Shown piece after piece: positions 1-9,299 of a stretch of 64,000 bases of DNA. Positions within the stretch are counted from its first letter, which is position 1. Each line of letters begins with the position of its first letter. Below the pieces are notes generated by a model. That model made no database searches. It saw only the letters and a program-made list of their open reading frames with translations, and was not told where the DNA came from. The position numbers and the translations under genes were made by a program. The DNA is from an uncultured Pseudomonadales bacterium (GTDB taxonomy: Bacteria; Patescibacteriota; Microgenomatia; UBA1400; Chazhemtobacteraceae). The DNA is taken from contig CAYQZQ010000002.1 of NCBI GenBank assembly GCA_964422035.1, positions 1,612-65,611 on the forward strand, read 5' to 3'.

Positions 1-104
1 GCAAGCAGATTTTGATGGGAGGTTTTTTAAACAAGGTAGTTGAGAAGATTGAGGATAAGAAAGAAAAAGATAAAGCAAAAAAGTTGATGGAAGTTATAAT
101 GTGA
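1..104 (+). CDS. 3' end of probable SufB/SufD family Fe-S assembly protein (partial)
   Basis: Frame 3 is open from the window edge: KQILMGGFLNKVVEKIEDKKEKDKAKKLMEVIM* (TGA 102-104). Resembles the SufB/D C-terminal 'LI..GF...V.E.I' segment and lies just upstream of sufS-sufU. Confidence 0.55.
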   Translation, partial: KQILMGGFLNKVVEKIEDKKEKDKAKKLMEVIM

Positions 105-106
105 GT

Positions 107-580
107 ATGAGTGAAATAATAATTCGCCCATCAAAGATGGAGGATGTTAATGATCTGTGGAGGTATACGTATGAAGATAAAACAAGAGAAGAAGTAGAGG
201 TTTTAGTAAAAAGGTATATTAAGAAATATAAGAAGGAGTTGCGTTTAAGAGTAGTTGCTGAGGTAGATGGAAAGGTGATTGCGAGGAGTAGATTTAAGAA
301 GAAAAGACATGGATTAAAAAAGCATATAGTGAGAGGGTGGGGAGCTTATGTGAATGAAGAATATAGAGGGAAGGGTATTGCTGGCAAGATGTTTGATTTT
401 GGAGAAGAATGGATGCGAGAGAGGGGTGGTGAAAAATTGGTAATTACAGTAAGGGCGGGAACGGTTTCTGAGAAAGTTTTTAGGAGAAGAACGGGGTATA
501 AAGAATTTGGTAGATTGCCGGGCGGCTCTATAAAGGATGGTAAATATTGGGATGTAGTTTATTTATATAAAAATTTATGA
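107..580 (+). CDS. GNAT family N-acetyltransferase
   Basis: Acetyl-CoA motif A 'YVNEEYRGKGIAGKM' and C-terminal 'GYKEFGRLPG'. ATG 107 preferred over GTG 101. Confidence 0.85.
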   Translation: MSEIIIRPSKMEDVNDLWRYTYEDKTREEVEVLVKRYIKKYKKELRLRVVAEVDGKVIARSRFKKKRHGLKKHIVRGWGAYVNEEYRGKGIAGKMFDFGEEWMRERGGEKLVITVRAGTVSEKVFRRRTGYKEFGRLPGGSIKDGKYWDVVYLYKNL

Positions 581-609
581 ATGGTGAGGTTAGTGATAAG
601 ATAGGGTCT

Positions 610-1890
610 ATGAAAATTGATGAAATTCGAAAAGATTTTCCGATCTTGGAGAGAAAAATCAATGGCAACAATTTGGTTTATTTAGATAGTGCTGCTACGT
701 CTCAGAAGCCTGAAAAGGTTATAAAAGCAGTTGAGGATTTTTACAGACTACATAATGCAAACGTTCATAGAGGAATACATACCTTAAGTGATGAAGCGAC
801 TGGTTTGGTGGAGAAGTCTCGGGAAAAAGTGGCCCGGTTTGTGGGTGCTACTAGTAGTCGTGAGATTGTGTTTGTGAGAAATGCTTCTGAGGGCATTAAT
901 GTGGTTATGAATAGTTGGGGCAAAGAAAACATTAATAAGGGAGACGTGGTTTTGATAACGAAGATGGAGCACCACTCAAACTTGGTTCCATGGCAGATGT
1001 TATGCAAAAGAAAAGAAGCGGTGTTGAGGGTAATTTCAATAGATGATGAGGGTAGACTGGTGTGGAAGGGAAAGAAAAAAGAGGTTAAAAAAGGGGTGGA
1101 GGAGGGTGGCTTGAAGGAGTTGCTAGATGGAAAAGTTAAGTTATTGGCTATTAATCATGTAAGTAATGTGACGGGAGTAGTTAATCCTGTAGGAAAGATA
1201 ATTAAAGAAGTTAAGAAAAGATCTAAGTCAGCAAAGGTTTTGGTGGATGCTAGTCAATCTGTACCTCATATGCCAGTTGATGTTGATCACATAGGGGCAG
1301 ATTTTGTAGTGTTTTCAGGTCATAAAATGTTGGGCCCGACAGGTATAGGTGTTTTGTGGGGGAGAGAAGAAGTTTTGAAAAGAATGCCGCCTTTTTTGTA
1401 TGGAGGAGACATGATTAGCAAGGTGAAATTGGACGGTACAAGATTTAATGAATTGCCTTGGAAGTTTGAGGCGGGAACACCTAATATGGCAGGGATTGTT
1501 GGTATGGGGGCAGCGGTTAATTATTTATCTGATATTGGTATGGATAAAATTTGGGAGCATGGTCAAAAGTTGGTTGAATATAGTTTGAAAAAAATTAAAT
1601 CTTTGGTGGATGAAGGTTTAATTAAGATATATGGTCCTGTTGACATGAAAGAAAGGGCAGCGGTTATTGCTTTTAATGTTGAAGGAGTGCATGCGCATGA
1701 CACCGCCCAGATTTTAGATAATCAAGGGGTAGCTGTAAGAAGTGGTCAGCATTGTGCGGCTCCTTTAGTGGAAGGCTTAGGAGAGAAAGCAGTTAGTAGG
1801 GTAAGTTTTTATATTTACAATAATAAGGATGACGTTGAAAGTTGGATAAAAGGATTAAGTAAGGTTAAAAAAGTTTTTAAAATATCATGA
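610..1890 (+). CDS. sufS: SufS-type cysteine desulfurase (PLP-dependent)
   Basis: IRKDFPIL, YLDSAATSQKP, EHHSN, SGHKMLGPTGIG (PLP Lys), RSGQHCA (catalytic Cys). Start moved to ATG 610, 7 nt after TG-A-TAAGAT. Confidence 0.95.
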   Translation: MKIDEIRKDFPILERKINGNNLVYLDSAATSQKPEKVIKAVEDFYRLHNANVHRGIHTLSDEATGLVEKSREKVARFVGATSSREIVFVRNASEGINVVMNSWGKENINKGDVVLITKMEHHSNLVPWQMLCKRKEAVLRVISIDDEGRLVWKGKKKEVKKGVEEGGLKELLDGKVKLLAINHVSNVTGVVNPVGKIIKEVKKRSKSAKVLVDASQSVPHMPVDVDHIGADFVVFSGHKMLGPTGIGVLWGREEVLKRMPPFLYGGDMISKVKLDGTRFNELPWKFEAGTPNMAGIVGMGAAVNYLSDIGMDKIWEHGQKLVEYSLKKIKSLVDEGLIKIYGPVDMKERAAVIAFNVEGVHAHDTAQILDNQGVAVRSGQHCAAPLVEGLGEKAVSRVSFYIYNNKDDVESWIKGLSKVKKVFKIS

Positions 1891-2255
1891 AATACAGAGA
1901 AGAAGTAATTGATCATGCCAAGCACCCTAGGAATAGAGGTGTGTTTGAGGATGTTACACATAAAGGGAGGGCAACAAATGCTAGTTGTGGTGATGAGATG
2001 GGAGTGGGATTAAAGATTGAGGATGGTAAGATATTGCAGGCTAGATTTGAAGGAACAGGTTGTGCGTTGGCGGTTTCTGCGGCTAGTATGTTAACTGAGA
2101 AAATTGAAGGCATGTTAGTTGAAAAAGTGAGAGAAGAGGCGGAGAGGTTGATATTAGATTTTGAAAAAGAGGTAAGTCCGGGAAGAGTTAAGTGTGTAAG
2201 GTTGCCGTTGGAGGCCATGATGAAAGCGTTGAGAGTGAAGTATAATGACAGATAA
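1887..2255 (+). CDS. sufU: SufU/IscU-like Fe-S scaffold / sulfur transfer protein
   Basis: HAKHPRNRG, NASCGD, GCALAVSAAS, RVKC: three conserved Cys; overlaps the sufS stop codon. Confidence 0.9.
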   Translation: MKYREEVIDHAKHPRNRGVFEDVTHKGRATNASCGDEMGVGLKIEDGKILQARFEGTGCALAVSAASMLTEKIEGMLVEKVREEAERLILDFEKEVSPGRVKCVRLPLEAMMKALRVKYNDR

Positions 2256-2956
2256 TGGGAGAAGCAAAGAAGTTTAAAGCTTTAGTAAAAGAGAAAGAGA
2301 ATTTAGCAGGTAATTTCTGGTGTTTGAAGCTTGAGCCTGAAAAAGAAGTATCTTATCAGTCAGGGCAGTATGTAAGTATGAGAGTTAATGAAGAAGATGA
2401 GAGGCGTAGTTATTCAATAGCTTCTTGTGCAGAAGAGGATAGTTTGGATCTTTTAATAGACGTGACACCAATGGGAAAGGGGAGTAAGTTTGTTTTGAAC
2501 TTAAAAGAGGGAGACAAAGTTGATCTGTTGGGTCCTATTGGAGGCTTTGTTATTAAAGAAAGAGAAGAGGCTAAAGGTTTTTTGTTGATAGGAACGGGAA
2601 GCGGGATAGTGCCCTTAAGAGCAATGATTTATGATCTTTTGAAGGTTAAAAAGGAAAAAAGACCGATTAGATTACAATGGGGGATGAGATATAAAAAGGA
2701 TCTGTTTTGGGTTGATTGTTTTAGAGATTTTGAGAATGAGTTTCCAAATTTTAAGGCTGATATTGTCTTGTCAAAAGAAAGTAATTGGGATGGATGCACT
2801 GGCCATGTTCAAGATTGTTTAAAAAAACATCAGAATAGTTGGAAGGGGTGGGAAGCTTTTGTGTGTGGAAATAAGAAGATGATTGAAGATGTAAAGGATT
2901 TGTTACAAAAGAAGGGGGTAGATGAAGAGTCGATTCATTTTGAGAAGTTTTATTAA
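2255..2956 (+). CDS. FAD/NAD(P)-binding oxidoreductase (ferredoxin-NADP reductase-like)
   Basis: RSYSIAS FAD motif, GKGS, GTGSGIVP NAD motif, VCG, C-terminal HFEKFY. Confidence 0.9.
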   Translation: MGEAKKFKALVKEKENLAGNFWCLKLEPEKEVSYQSGQYVSMRVNEEDERRSYSIASCAEEDSLDLLIDVTPMGKGSKFVLNLKEGDKVDLLGPIGGFVIKEREEAKGFLLIGTGSGIVPLRAMIYDLLKVKKEKRPIRLQWGMRYKKDLFWVDCFRDFENEFPNFKADIVLSKESNWDGCTGHVQDCLKKHQNSWKGWEAFVCGNKKMIEDVKDLLQKKGVDEESIHFEKFY

Positions 2957-2982
2957 TAATTAAATTATGTTAGGTTAAATGT

Positions 2983-3249
2983 ATGGCAGATAAATATTCG
3001 AAAGGCTCGGAAAATAAGCCTGAAAAAACAAAGTACCAAGTTAAGGTTATTAATGATGGATGTATTGGGGCGGCGTCTTGTGTGGCGGTGGCTGAGATGA
3101 CTTTTAAGATGAATGATGAAAACATTGCAGAGATTATTGATCAAGATGGCAATGTTGATGAAGAAAAGCTTTTGGCGGCTCAGAGTTGTCCAACGGCGGC
3201 AGTGGAAGTGATTAATACTGAGACTGGTGAAGTGATCTGGCCAAAGTAG
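2983..3249 (+). CDS. Monocluster ferredoxin
   Basis: CIGAASC ... AAQSCPTAA motif. Confidence 0.9.
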   Translation: MADKYSKGSENKPEKTKYQVKVINDGCIGAASCVAVAEMTFKMNDENIAEIIDQDGNVDEEKLLAAQSCPTAAVEVINTETGEVIWPK

Positions 3250-3269
3250 AACTAAATTGGTACATTTTT

Positions 3270-3605
3270 TATGAGCATGCGTTTGATGCTGGTGTAGCAG
3301 CTGAGTCAGCTGGAGAGCAAGAAAAGTTTTGGGAGTATAAGAGTTTGTTGTTTGAGAGGCAAAATGAGTGGTCAGAAAGTAGAGATGTAAAGGATAAGTT
3401 TATTGAGTACGCTAGAGAGTTAAGTCTCGATAAAAAGTAGTTTATAACAGATCTGGACAGTTCAGAGTTTAAGGAAAGAGTAAAAAGTGATTATTAGTTG
3501 GCTTTGAGAGTGGGTGTAGAACCTACGCCGACAATTTTTGTAAATGGAGAAAAAGTGATGGAAAATGGGCTAGTAAAAGAGGTTCAAAGAAAGTTGAGTG
3601 AATAA
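3270..3605 (+). pseudogene. DsbA/thioredoxin-fold protein remnant (C-terminal half, two in-frame TAG stops)
   Basis: Manual translation: YEHAFDAGVAAESAGEQEKFWEYKSLLFERQNEW...LDKK*FITDLDSSEFKERVKSDY*LALRVGVEPTPTIFVNGEK...; TAG at 3438-3440 and 3495-3497; the CxxC N-terminal half and start codon are absent. Confidence 0.85.
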
Positions 3606-3669
3606 GGAAGTAGGGGTAAAATTGTAACTAGAGATAGTATTTTGGAAACTGAAGGGAGGTGAAGGAACG

Positions 3670-3864
3670 ATGATTTTAAGGGATAAAGATAAACCAGCAT
3701 TGGCTCAGTTTTTGATCAATTTAAGTGTGGTTTGTGTTATTTTGGCAGTGGTGGAGGCATTTGGAGTGGCATTGTATTTGGCTGCTACTCAGTGGATGTT
3801 GATTGGAATTGCTTTAGCAGTTTGGTCCATTTATTTAATGGTAGAGGCACATTTTAGGCTTTAA
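3670..3864 (+). CDS. Small two-TM membrane protein, unknown function
   Basis: 64 aa, two hydrophobic helices, strong SD (GGAGGTGA) upstream. Confidence 0.7.
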   Translation: MILRDKDKPALAQFLINLSVVCVILAVVEAFGVALYLAATQWMLIGIALAVWSIYLMVEAHFRL

Positions 3865-3871
3865 TAGATAT

Positions 3872-4165
3872 ATGGAAGAAAAGATAAGAAAAGCTTTAAC
3901 AGAAGTAATTGACCCTGAGTTGGGGATTAGTATTGTTGATTTGGGTTTGGTGTATAAGATAGAGGCGAAAAAAGGGGAGGCAAAAATAGAGATGACGCTG
4001 ACAAGTCCGGGTTGTCCTTTGGCGGGGGTAATTGACAAGATGGTTAGAGAAGCAGTGTTGAGCTTGGAAGAAATAGAGAAGGTTGATTTGCAAGTGGTTT
4101 GGGATCCTCCTTGGACACCAGAGCATATGAGTGAGTCAGCTAAAGCTGAGTTGGGTTTTGATTAA
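3872..4165 (+). CDS. DUF59 / SufT-like metal-sulfur cluster assembly factor
   Basis: VIDPELGISIVDLGLVY, MTLTSPGCP, WDPPWTP. Confidence 0.92.
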   Translation: MEEKIRKALTEVIDPELGISIVDLGLVYKIEAKKGEAKIEMTLTSPGCPLAGVIDKMVREAVLSLEEIEKVDLQVVWDPPWTPEHMSESAKAELGFD

Positions 4166-4349
4166 CTTAAATAAGATTATTTCAGTATAAGTTTGTGATA
4201 AACTGGAAAAGTGTTGAGATTGTTGTCAGGCGGCAAGTTTATATAGATATTTAAATGGTTGATTGTTTAAACTGTCATGGTCTTTGGGTTTTGGAGCTGC
4301 GAGAGTTTGGTATATTGAATGTAGTTGATATTAATGTAAGGATATAAAA

Positions 4350-4790
4350 ATGAAGATATATTTAGGAACTGATCATGGAGGGTACAAGTTAAAAGAAAAG
4401 ATTAAGGTGTGGCTTGAAAAAAATGGTTATGAGGTTGAGGATGAAGGTGCTTATGAATATAACAAGAAGGATGACTTTGTTGATTTTGGAAAACGAGTTG
4501 TAGAAAAAATTACTAGTGAGAGCGGAAGAGGGGTAGTTTTGTGCAGGAATGGAGTAGGGATGGATATTGTAAGTAATAGATATAAGGGCGTGAGATGTGT
4601 GCTGGGTTTTGATAAAAGGCAGGTAAAAAAGGCTAGAGAAGATGATGATGTGAATGTGTTGAGTTTGCCGGCAGAATATTTAAGTTATAAAAAAGCACAA
4701 AGACTTATCAAGGTTTTTTTGGAGACTAAATTTAAAGATAAAAGGCGATTTAAGAGAAGATTGGAAAAGATTAGTAAGTTAGGGGTTTAG
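4350..4790 (+). CDS. rpiB: Ribose-5-phosphate isomerase B (RpiB/LacA/LacB family)
   Basis: GTDHGGYKLKE, LCRNGVGM, ARED.DVNVL, R..RRLEKI. Confidence 0.9.
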   Translation: MKIYLGTDHGGYKLKEKIKVWLEKNGYEVEDEGAYEYNKKDDFVDFGKRVVEKITSESGRGVVLCRNGVGMDIVSNRYKGVRCVLGFDKRQVKKAREDDDVNVLSLPAEYLSYKKAQRLIKVFLETKFKDKRRFKRRLEKISKLGV

Positions 4791-4821
4791 ATAAGATTAT
4801 ATATTTGACATAATTAAGTTG

Positions 4822-5508
4822 ATGGTAAAAATAATACCGGCTATTTTAACTGAAGATTGGGAAGAGTTTGTGGCGAGGTTTGACGAGGTTAAGTCGATGG
4901 TTAATAGAGTACAGCTGGATGTTGGAGATGGGAAGTTTATTGATACGGTAACGGTGGCTCCAGAAGATTTAAATGAGATTGATACGATTGTTAAGTTTGA
5001 TGCTCATTTAATGGTTGAAGATCCTGAAGAATGGCTTGATAGATGTTTGCAGGGAGGATTTAGTAGGGTATTTGGGCATGTTGAGAAGATGGAGGATGTA
5101 GCAGAGTTTGTGGCTCAAGCAGAGCTGAGAGGATTTGAGGTGGGCCTGGCTTTGAATATAGATACACCAATTGGTGAGATTGAAGAGTATGTATGGAATA
5201 TTGATGGATTACTGCTTTTATCTGTTAATACTGGAAAGAGTGGTCAAGAGTTTAATGTTAGTGTTTTAAAAAAGATCAAAGAGGTTGAGAAATTAAGAGA
5301 TGATATTGTTGTGGTGGTTGATGGGGGGTTAAGTGAAAACGAGATCAAAGAGTGTTTGACAGCGCGTTGGGCTGAGGAGTTGGAAGAAGGAACTGATGTT
5401 CATCCCGGATTTGTTGAAATGGAGTTTGCTGTAGGTAGTCATCTGTGGAATTCGGAGGACTTGAAAGAGGAATTAAATAATTTGCAAACTTTAAAAACTC
5501 ATGAATAA
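4822..5508 (+). CDS. rpe: Ribulose-phosphate 3-epimerase
   Basis: IIPAIL, QLDVGDGKF, DAHLMV, GKSGQEF, VDGG, VGS. Confidence 0.88.
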   Translation: MVKIIPAILTEDWEEFVARFDEVKSMVNRVQLDVGDGKFIDTVTVAPEDLNEIDTIVKFDAHLMVEDPEEWLDRCLQGGFSRVFGHVEKMEDVAEFVAQAELRGFEVGLALNIDTPIGEIEEYVWNIDGLLLLSVNTGKSGQEFNVSVLKKIKEVEKLRDDIVVVVDGGLSENEIKECLTARWAEELEEGTDVHPGFVEMEFAVGSHLWNSEDLKEELNNLQTLKTHE

Positions 5509-6139
5509 AAAAGATTTTAAAATCATTAAGGGTGTTTCGATATTTGGTTATGCTGATACTCAACCAGGAGAAGAGTTGTATGAGGATGCGAAGGAAGTGA
5601 GTAGAGTTTTGGCTGAGCAGGGAATGACTATTATTAATGGAGGAGGTCCGGGGGTGATGAGGGCCAGTACAAAAGGAGCTCATGAGGGTGGAGGTAAGGC
5701 ATACGTGGCCACTTTTTATTCTGAACTGATGGAAACCTTTGAGGGTAAGGATCCTTTAAATGATGCTGATAAAGAACTAGCATTTGATAGTTATTTGGAG
5801 CGAACATTAAAGTTGTTAGAACTTGGCAATGCGTATGTAATATTCAATGGTGGTACGGGAACAGTAAGTGAATTTGGAATGGCTTGGGGATTGGCTAAGC
5901 TTTATTTGGGTCATCATAAGCCTTTAATTTTATATGGTGAGTTTTGGCATGAAATTATGGAAAGTTTTGCAAAGAATTTAAATATTAGACCGGCAGCCTT
6001 GAGGGTGTACAGAATTGCAACTAGCGCTGAGGAAGTTGTTGAATCTTTATGGTATTACGAGAAAGAGCTTAAAAGAGGCAAGCACGAAGTTGTTTATCCT
6101 GATGAGGAAAGCTTCGAAGAAGCATTTATAAATAAATAA
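5501..6139 (+). CDS. LOG (lonely guy / SLOG) family nucleotide-binding protein
   Basis: VSIFG, INGGGPGVM, NGGTGTVSE (PGGxGTxxE-like). Confidence 0.85.
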   Translation: MNKKDFKIIKGVSIFGYADTQPGEELYEDAKEVSRVLAEQGMTIINGGGPGVMRASTKGAHEGGGKAYVATFYSELMETFEGKDPLNDADKELAFDSYLERTLKLLELGNAYVIFNGGTGTVSEFGMAWGLAKLYLGHHKPLILYGEFWHEIMESFAKNLNIRPAALRVYRIATSAEEVVESLWYYEKELKRGKHEVVYPDEESFEEAFINK

Positions 6140-6145
6140 AAAAAT

Positions 6146-7429
6146 ATGAATAATGTTAGTAAACAAGAATTAAGAAAAGCACTTTTAGCTGAAAAGAAGA
6201 AACTTGAAGAGGTTGATGTACCAGTTATTACAGTATCTGCTAGTTTTCGCAAAGAAATTGTAGAGAAACATGAGGTAAAGTTGAACTCTAAAGGCGAGAT
6301 TATTTTTTCTCGGGGTCATTATTCTGAGGCGATTGCGGTAGTGGAGGCTGCAAGGCAAAAGGGTTTAAGTAGTTATTTGGTTGACCCGATGAATTTTGTA
6401 AGCCTAAAAGATTGGGGTAAGTTAGAATTTACTGAGGATATTGGAGAACTAACAGCTAGATATAAGATTTTGGCGAATTTGAAGCGAGTGGCTGAGCAGT
6501 TATTAAGAGGTAAGCTGCCGGTTAGTGAAGCAGTTAAGCCTGTGGTTTTGGAGCTGATTGAGGATATAAAAGTACCGATTGTTTCTGGCCATTATGAAGT
6601 GGGAAATGTTATTGCTCAGACAGATAAAAAGGTAGTGCAGATGGTAACTGACCCTCATGTTAGTGATCCGTATTTAAAGGTTTCAGATGAGAAAAATGTA
6701 AGTTGGGTGGTTTTTGATGAAGAGACTAAAAAACAGTTTGTTGATAAGGTTAAAAAGATGGATAAGAGTATTAATCAAGAGATGATCAGAGTAACTGGTC
6801 CAGGTGTTCATCCTAAGATTTTGGAGTTTGGTAAAAAAGGGAAGAAGTTGGATACTGAAAGACCATTACGATTGGGAATTACAACTGGTGGATTGGGGAC
6901 AAACAGGGGTGAGATTAAAAAAGTGTTGAATAATTTAGTTCCTTTTGTTGAAGAGCCGGAGAAGATTCAGTTGTTTTTGTATAGTTCAACTCATAAAGAC
7001 TTTCGAGAGATATTTGAGAAGTTTGCTGATGAGAATAACATAAGAATTGGAGATTTGGATAACAAAGAGGCCAAGCTAAGGGTGTTGCATGAAGACTCTA
7101 TGGTAGATGGCAATAGGAACTTGGTCGATTATATGTTTCCTTGGGTTGATGGTGTGATAACAAAGCCATCTGGAGATATGGCATATGATGTTTTGGGATC
7201 AGGTGCATTCGGACTTTATCTTGATCCTTGGGGAAGGTGGGAAGAGACTGTAAGGTCAAGAATGTTTGATTTTGGAGTAGGTAAAAATCTAGATATTGAA
7301 AACGCTGGAGAGGAAATTATGAAGATGAGGAAAAATGGAAAGTTAGCTGAGATGATGGATAAAGCAAACAAGTGGGCGAAAAACTCAGATGGGGCGAAAA
7401 AAATAGTTGAGTGGCAGCAAGAGTGGTAG
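6146..7429 (+). CDS. Uncharacterised protein, GT-B glycosyltransferase-like (UgtP/MGDG synthase/MurG-like motifs)
   Basis: QMVTDPH, TGPGVHP, TTGGLG, VITKPSG. Confidence 0.5.
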   Translation: MNNVSKQELRKALLAEKKKLEEVDVPVITVSASFRKEIVEKHEVKLNSKGEIIFSRGHYSEAIAVVEAARQKGLSSYLVDPMNFVSLKDWGKLEFTEDIGELTARYKILANLKRVAEQLLRGKLPVSEAVKPVVLELIEDIKVPIVSGHYEVGNVIAQTDKKVVQMVTDPHVSDPYLKVSDEKNVSWVVFDEETKKQFVDKVKKMDKSINQEMIRVTGPGVHPKILEFGKKGKKLDTERPLRLGITTGGLGTNRGEIKKVLNNLVPFVEEPEKIQLFLYSSTHKDFREIFEKFADENNIRIGDLDNKEAKLRVLHEDSMVDGNRNLVDYMFPWVDGVITKPSGDMAYDVLGSGAFGLYLDPWGRWEETVRSRMFDFGVGKNLDIENAGEEIMKMRKNGKLAEMMDKANKWAKNSDGAKKIVEWQQEW

Positions 7430-7452
7430 TTGTTTTTTGGTAAAGTTAAACT

Positions 7453-8310
7453 ATGGACTTAAGTGAAGGTCAGATAATTGAGAAGGCGAGTCAGATTCGA
7501 GAGAGTATTATAAAGATGTTGGTTGAAGCGGGAAGTGGTCACAGCGCTGGTTCGCTTGGAACCGCAGATTTTTTTGCTAGTTTGTTTTTTGGTGATGAGT
7601 TTAACTTTAAAGCTGATGAGCCCTGGTGGGAAGGGAGAGACAGGTTGATATTAAGTGCAGGACATTTAGTGCCGGTTTTGTATGCTAGTTTGGCTGAGGC
7701 TGGATACTTTGATAAAAAAGAATTAGATACTTTAAGAGATATAAATTCACGTTTGCAGGGTCATCCGCATATGAGAAGTTTGCCAGGCATTGAAAATAGT
7801 TCTGGCCCTTTGGGGCAGGGGGTTAGTCAAGCTGTGGGAGTAGCAATGACGGGGAAGATGGATAAAAAAGATTGGCAGGTAGTTTGTTTTAGCAGTGATG
7901 GTGAACAACAAGAGGGGCAGGTGTGGGAAGCTTATATGACGGCAAGTAAGTATGAGTTAGGTAATTTGAGTTTTGTGATTGATAGAAATAATATTCAGAT
8001 TGATGGATTTACTGAGGAAGTAATGCCTTTGGAACCACTGCGATCAAAGTTGTCCGCTTTTGGTTTGGAAGTTATGGTAGTAGATGGTCATGATGTTGGA
8101 AGTATTTTGGGAGCTTTAAGAAAAGTGAAGATAAGTTTTAAACCATCTGTGATTATTTTAGAAACTGTGCCCGGTAAAGGGGTTGAGTTTATGGAGGGGT
8201 TACCGGAGTGGCATGGTAAGCCTCCGGATGTGGGAGAAACTGTTAAGGCTTTAAGTGATATTCATGAATTGCGAAGTTTGGGAGGGAAAATTATGACTGA
8301 ACATGATTAA
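7453..8310 (+). CDS. Transketolase, N-terminal (ThDP-binding) subunit
   Basis: SGHSAGSL, RDRLILSAGH, LQGHP, GPLGQG, SDGEQQEGQVWEA, WHGK. Confidence 0.95.
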   Translation: MDLSEGQIIEKASQIRESIIKMLVEAGSGHSAGSLGTADFFASLFFGDEFNFKADEPWWEGRDRLILSAGHLVPVLYASLAEAGYFDKKELDTLRDINSRLQGHPHMRSLPGIENSSGPLGQGVSQAVGVAMTGKMDKKDWQVVCFSSDGEQQEGQVWEAYMTASKYELGNLSFVIDRNNIQIDGFTEEVMPLEPLRSKLSAFGLEVMVVDGHDVGSILGALRKVKISFKPSVIILETVPGKGVEFMEGLPEWHGKPPDVGETVKALSDIHELRSLGGKIMTEHD

Positions 8311-9274
8311 CGAAAACCTACATTTACTGTTGAATTCCAGTGAAGTTAGCAAAAGACCAACAAGAGATGGTTATGGTAAAGGAGTGGTGGAAGCGGGTGA
8401 AAAAAATAAGCAGGTAGTAGTTTTGACGGGAGATTTGCGAGAGTCGACAAAAAGTCAGTGGTTTGCAGATAAATTTCCAGATAGGTTCTTTGATCTGGGA
8501 GTGGCAGAGCAAAATTTAATGGGGGTGGGTGCGGGAATGGCAATGGAGGGAAAAATACCGTTTGTAGCTTCTTATGCTGTGTTTAATCCGGGCAGGAATT
8601 GGGAGCAATTAAGAGTTTCAGTTTGTTATAGTGATTTGAATGTAAAAATTGCGGGTAGCCATGCTGGTATTACCGTTGGAGCAGATGGAGCCACCCACCA
8701 GGCACTGGAAGATATTGCGTTGACTAGAGTTTTGCCTAATATGACTGTGGTTAGCCCAATTGACTTTGAGCAAGCCAGGAAAGCAACTGTAGCGATATCA
8801 GAGAGGAAGGGGCCGGTTTACTTGCGCTTGCATAGAAATAAAACGCCGATTATAACAACTAGAATGACACCTTTTGAAATAGGAAAAGCTCAGGTATTGC
8901 GTAGGGGCAAAGATGTGGGACTGTTGGCGACTGGTCCGATGGCATATGAGGCTTTGATGGCAGCTGAGGAAGTGTCTGGTGATGTTGATGTTGAGGTTTT
9001 GAACATTCATACAATTAAACCCCTGGATGAAGGCGAGATTTTAAGAGTAGCTCAGAAAACTAAGAAGATTGTTACAGTTGAAGATCATCAGAAAGCTGGC
9101 GGTATGGGTTCGGCGGTTGCAGAGCTGTTGTCTGAAAAATATCCTGCGAAGTTAATAAGAATGGGAGTTGATGACAGTTTTGGAGAGAGTGGTGACCCGG
9201 TTGATTTATTGGACAAATATGGATTAAGCAGACAAGCTATAATGAAGGCAATCTTTCAAATTAGTGGGAAATAA
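8303..9274 (+). CDS. Transketolase, C-terminal subunit
   Basis: GVAEQN, GADGATHQALED, GPVYLRL, VEDHQ..GGMGS. Confidence 0.95.
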   Translation: MINENLHLLLNSSEVSKRPTRDGYGKGVVEAGEKNKQVVVLTGDLRESTKSQWFADKFPDRFFDLGVAEQNLMGVGAGMAMEGKIPFVASYAVFNPGRNWEQLRVSVCYSDLNVKIAGSHAGITVGADGATHQALEDIALTRVLPNMTVVSPIDFEQARKATVAISERKGPVYLRLHRNKTPIITTRMTPFEIGKAQVLRRGKDVGLLATGPMAYEALMAAEEVSGDVDVEVLNIHTIKPLDEGEILRVAQKTKKIVTVEDHQKAGGMGSAVAELLSEKYPAKLIRMGVDDSFGESGDPVDLLDKYGLSRQAIMKAIFQISGK

Positions 9275-9299
9275 TAAAATTAATTAGATAAATTGTTTA

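Noticed and set aside
3438-3497. TAG recoding or read-through suggested by two in-frame amber codons
   Set aside because: TAG ends many intact genes here (e.g. ferredoxin, rpiB, mutM, rpsA) and the fragment also lacks its N-terminal half; decay is the simpler explanation.
4166-4349. Possible gene remnant or sRNA in the 184-nt gap before rpiB
   Set aside because: Only short minus-strand frames with no recognisable motif and no convincing structure.
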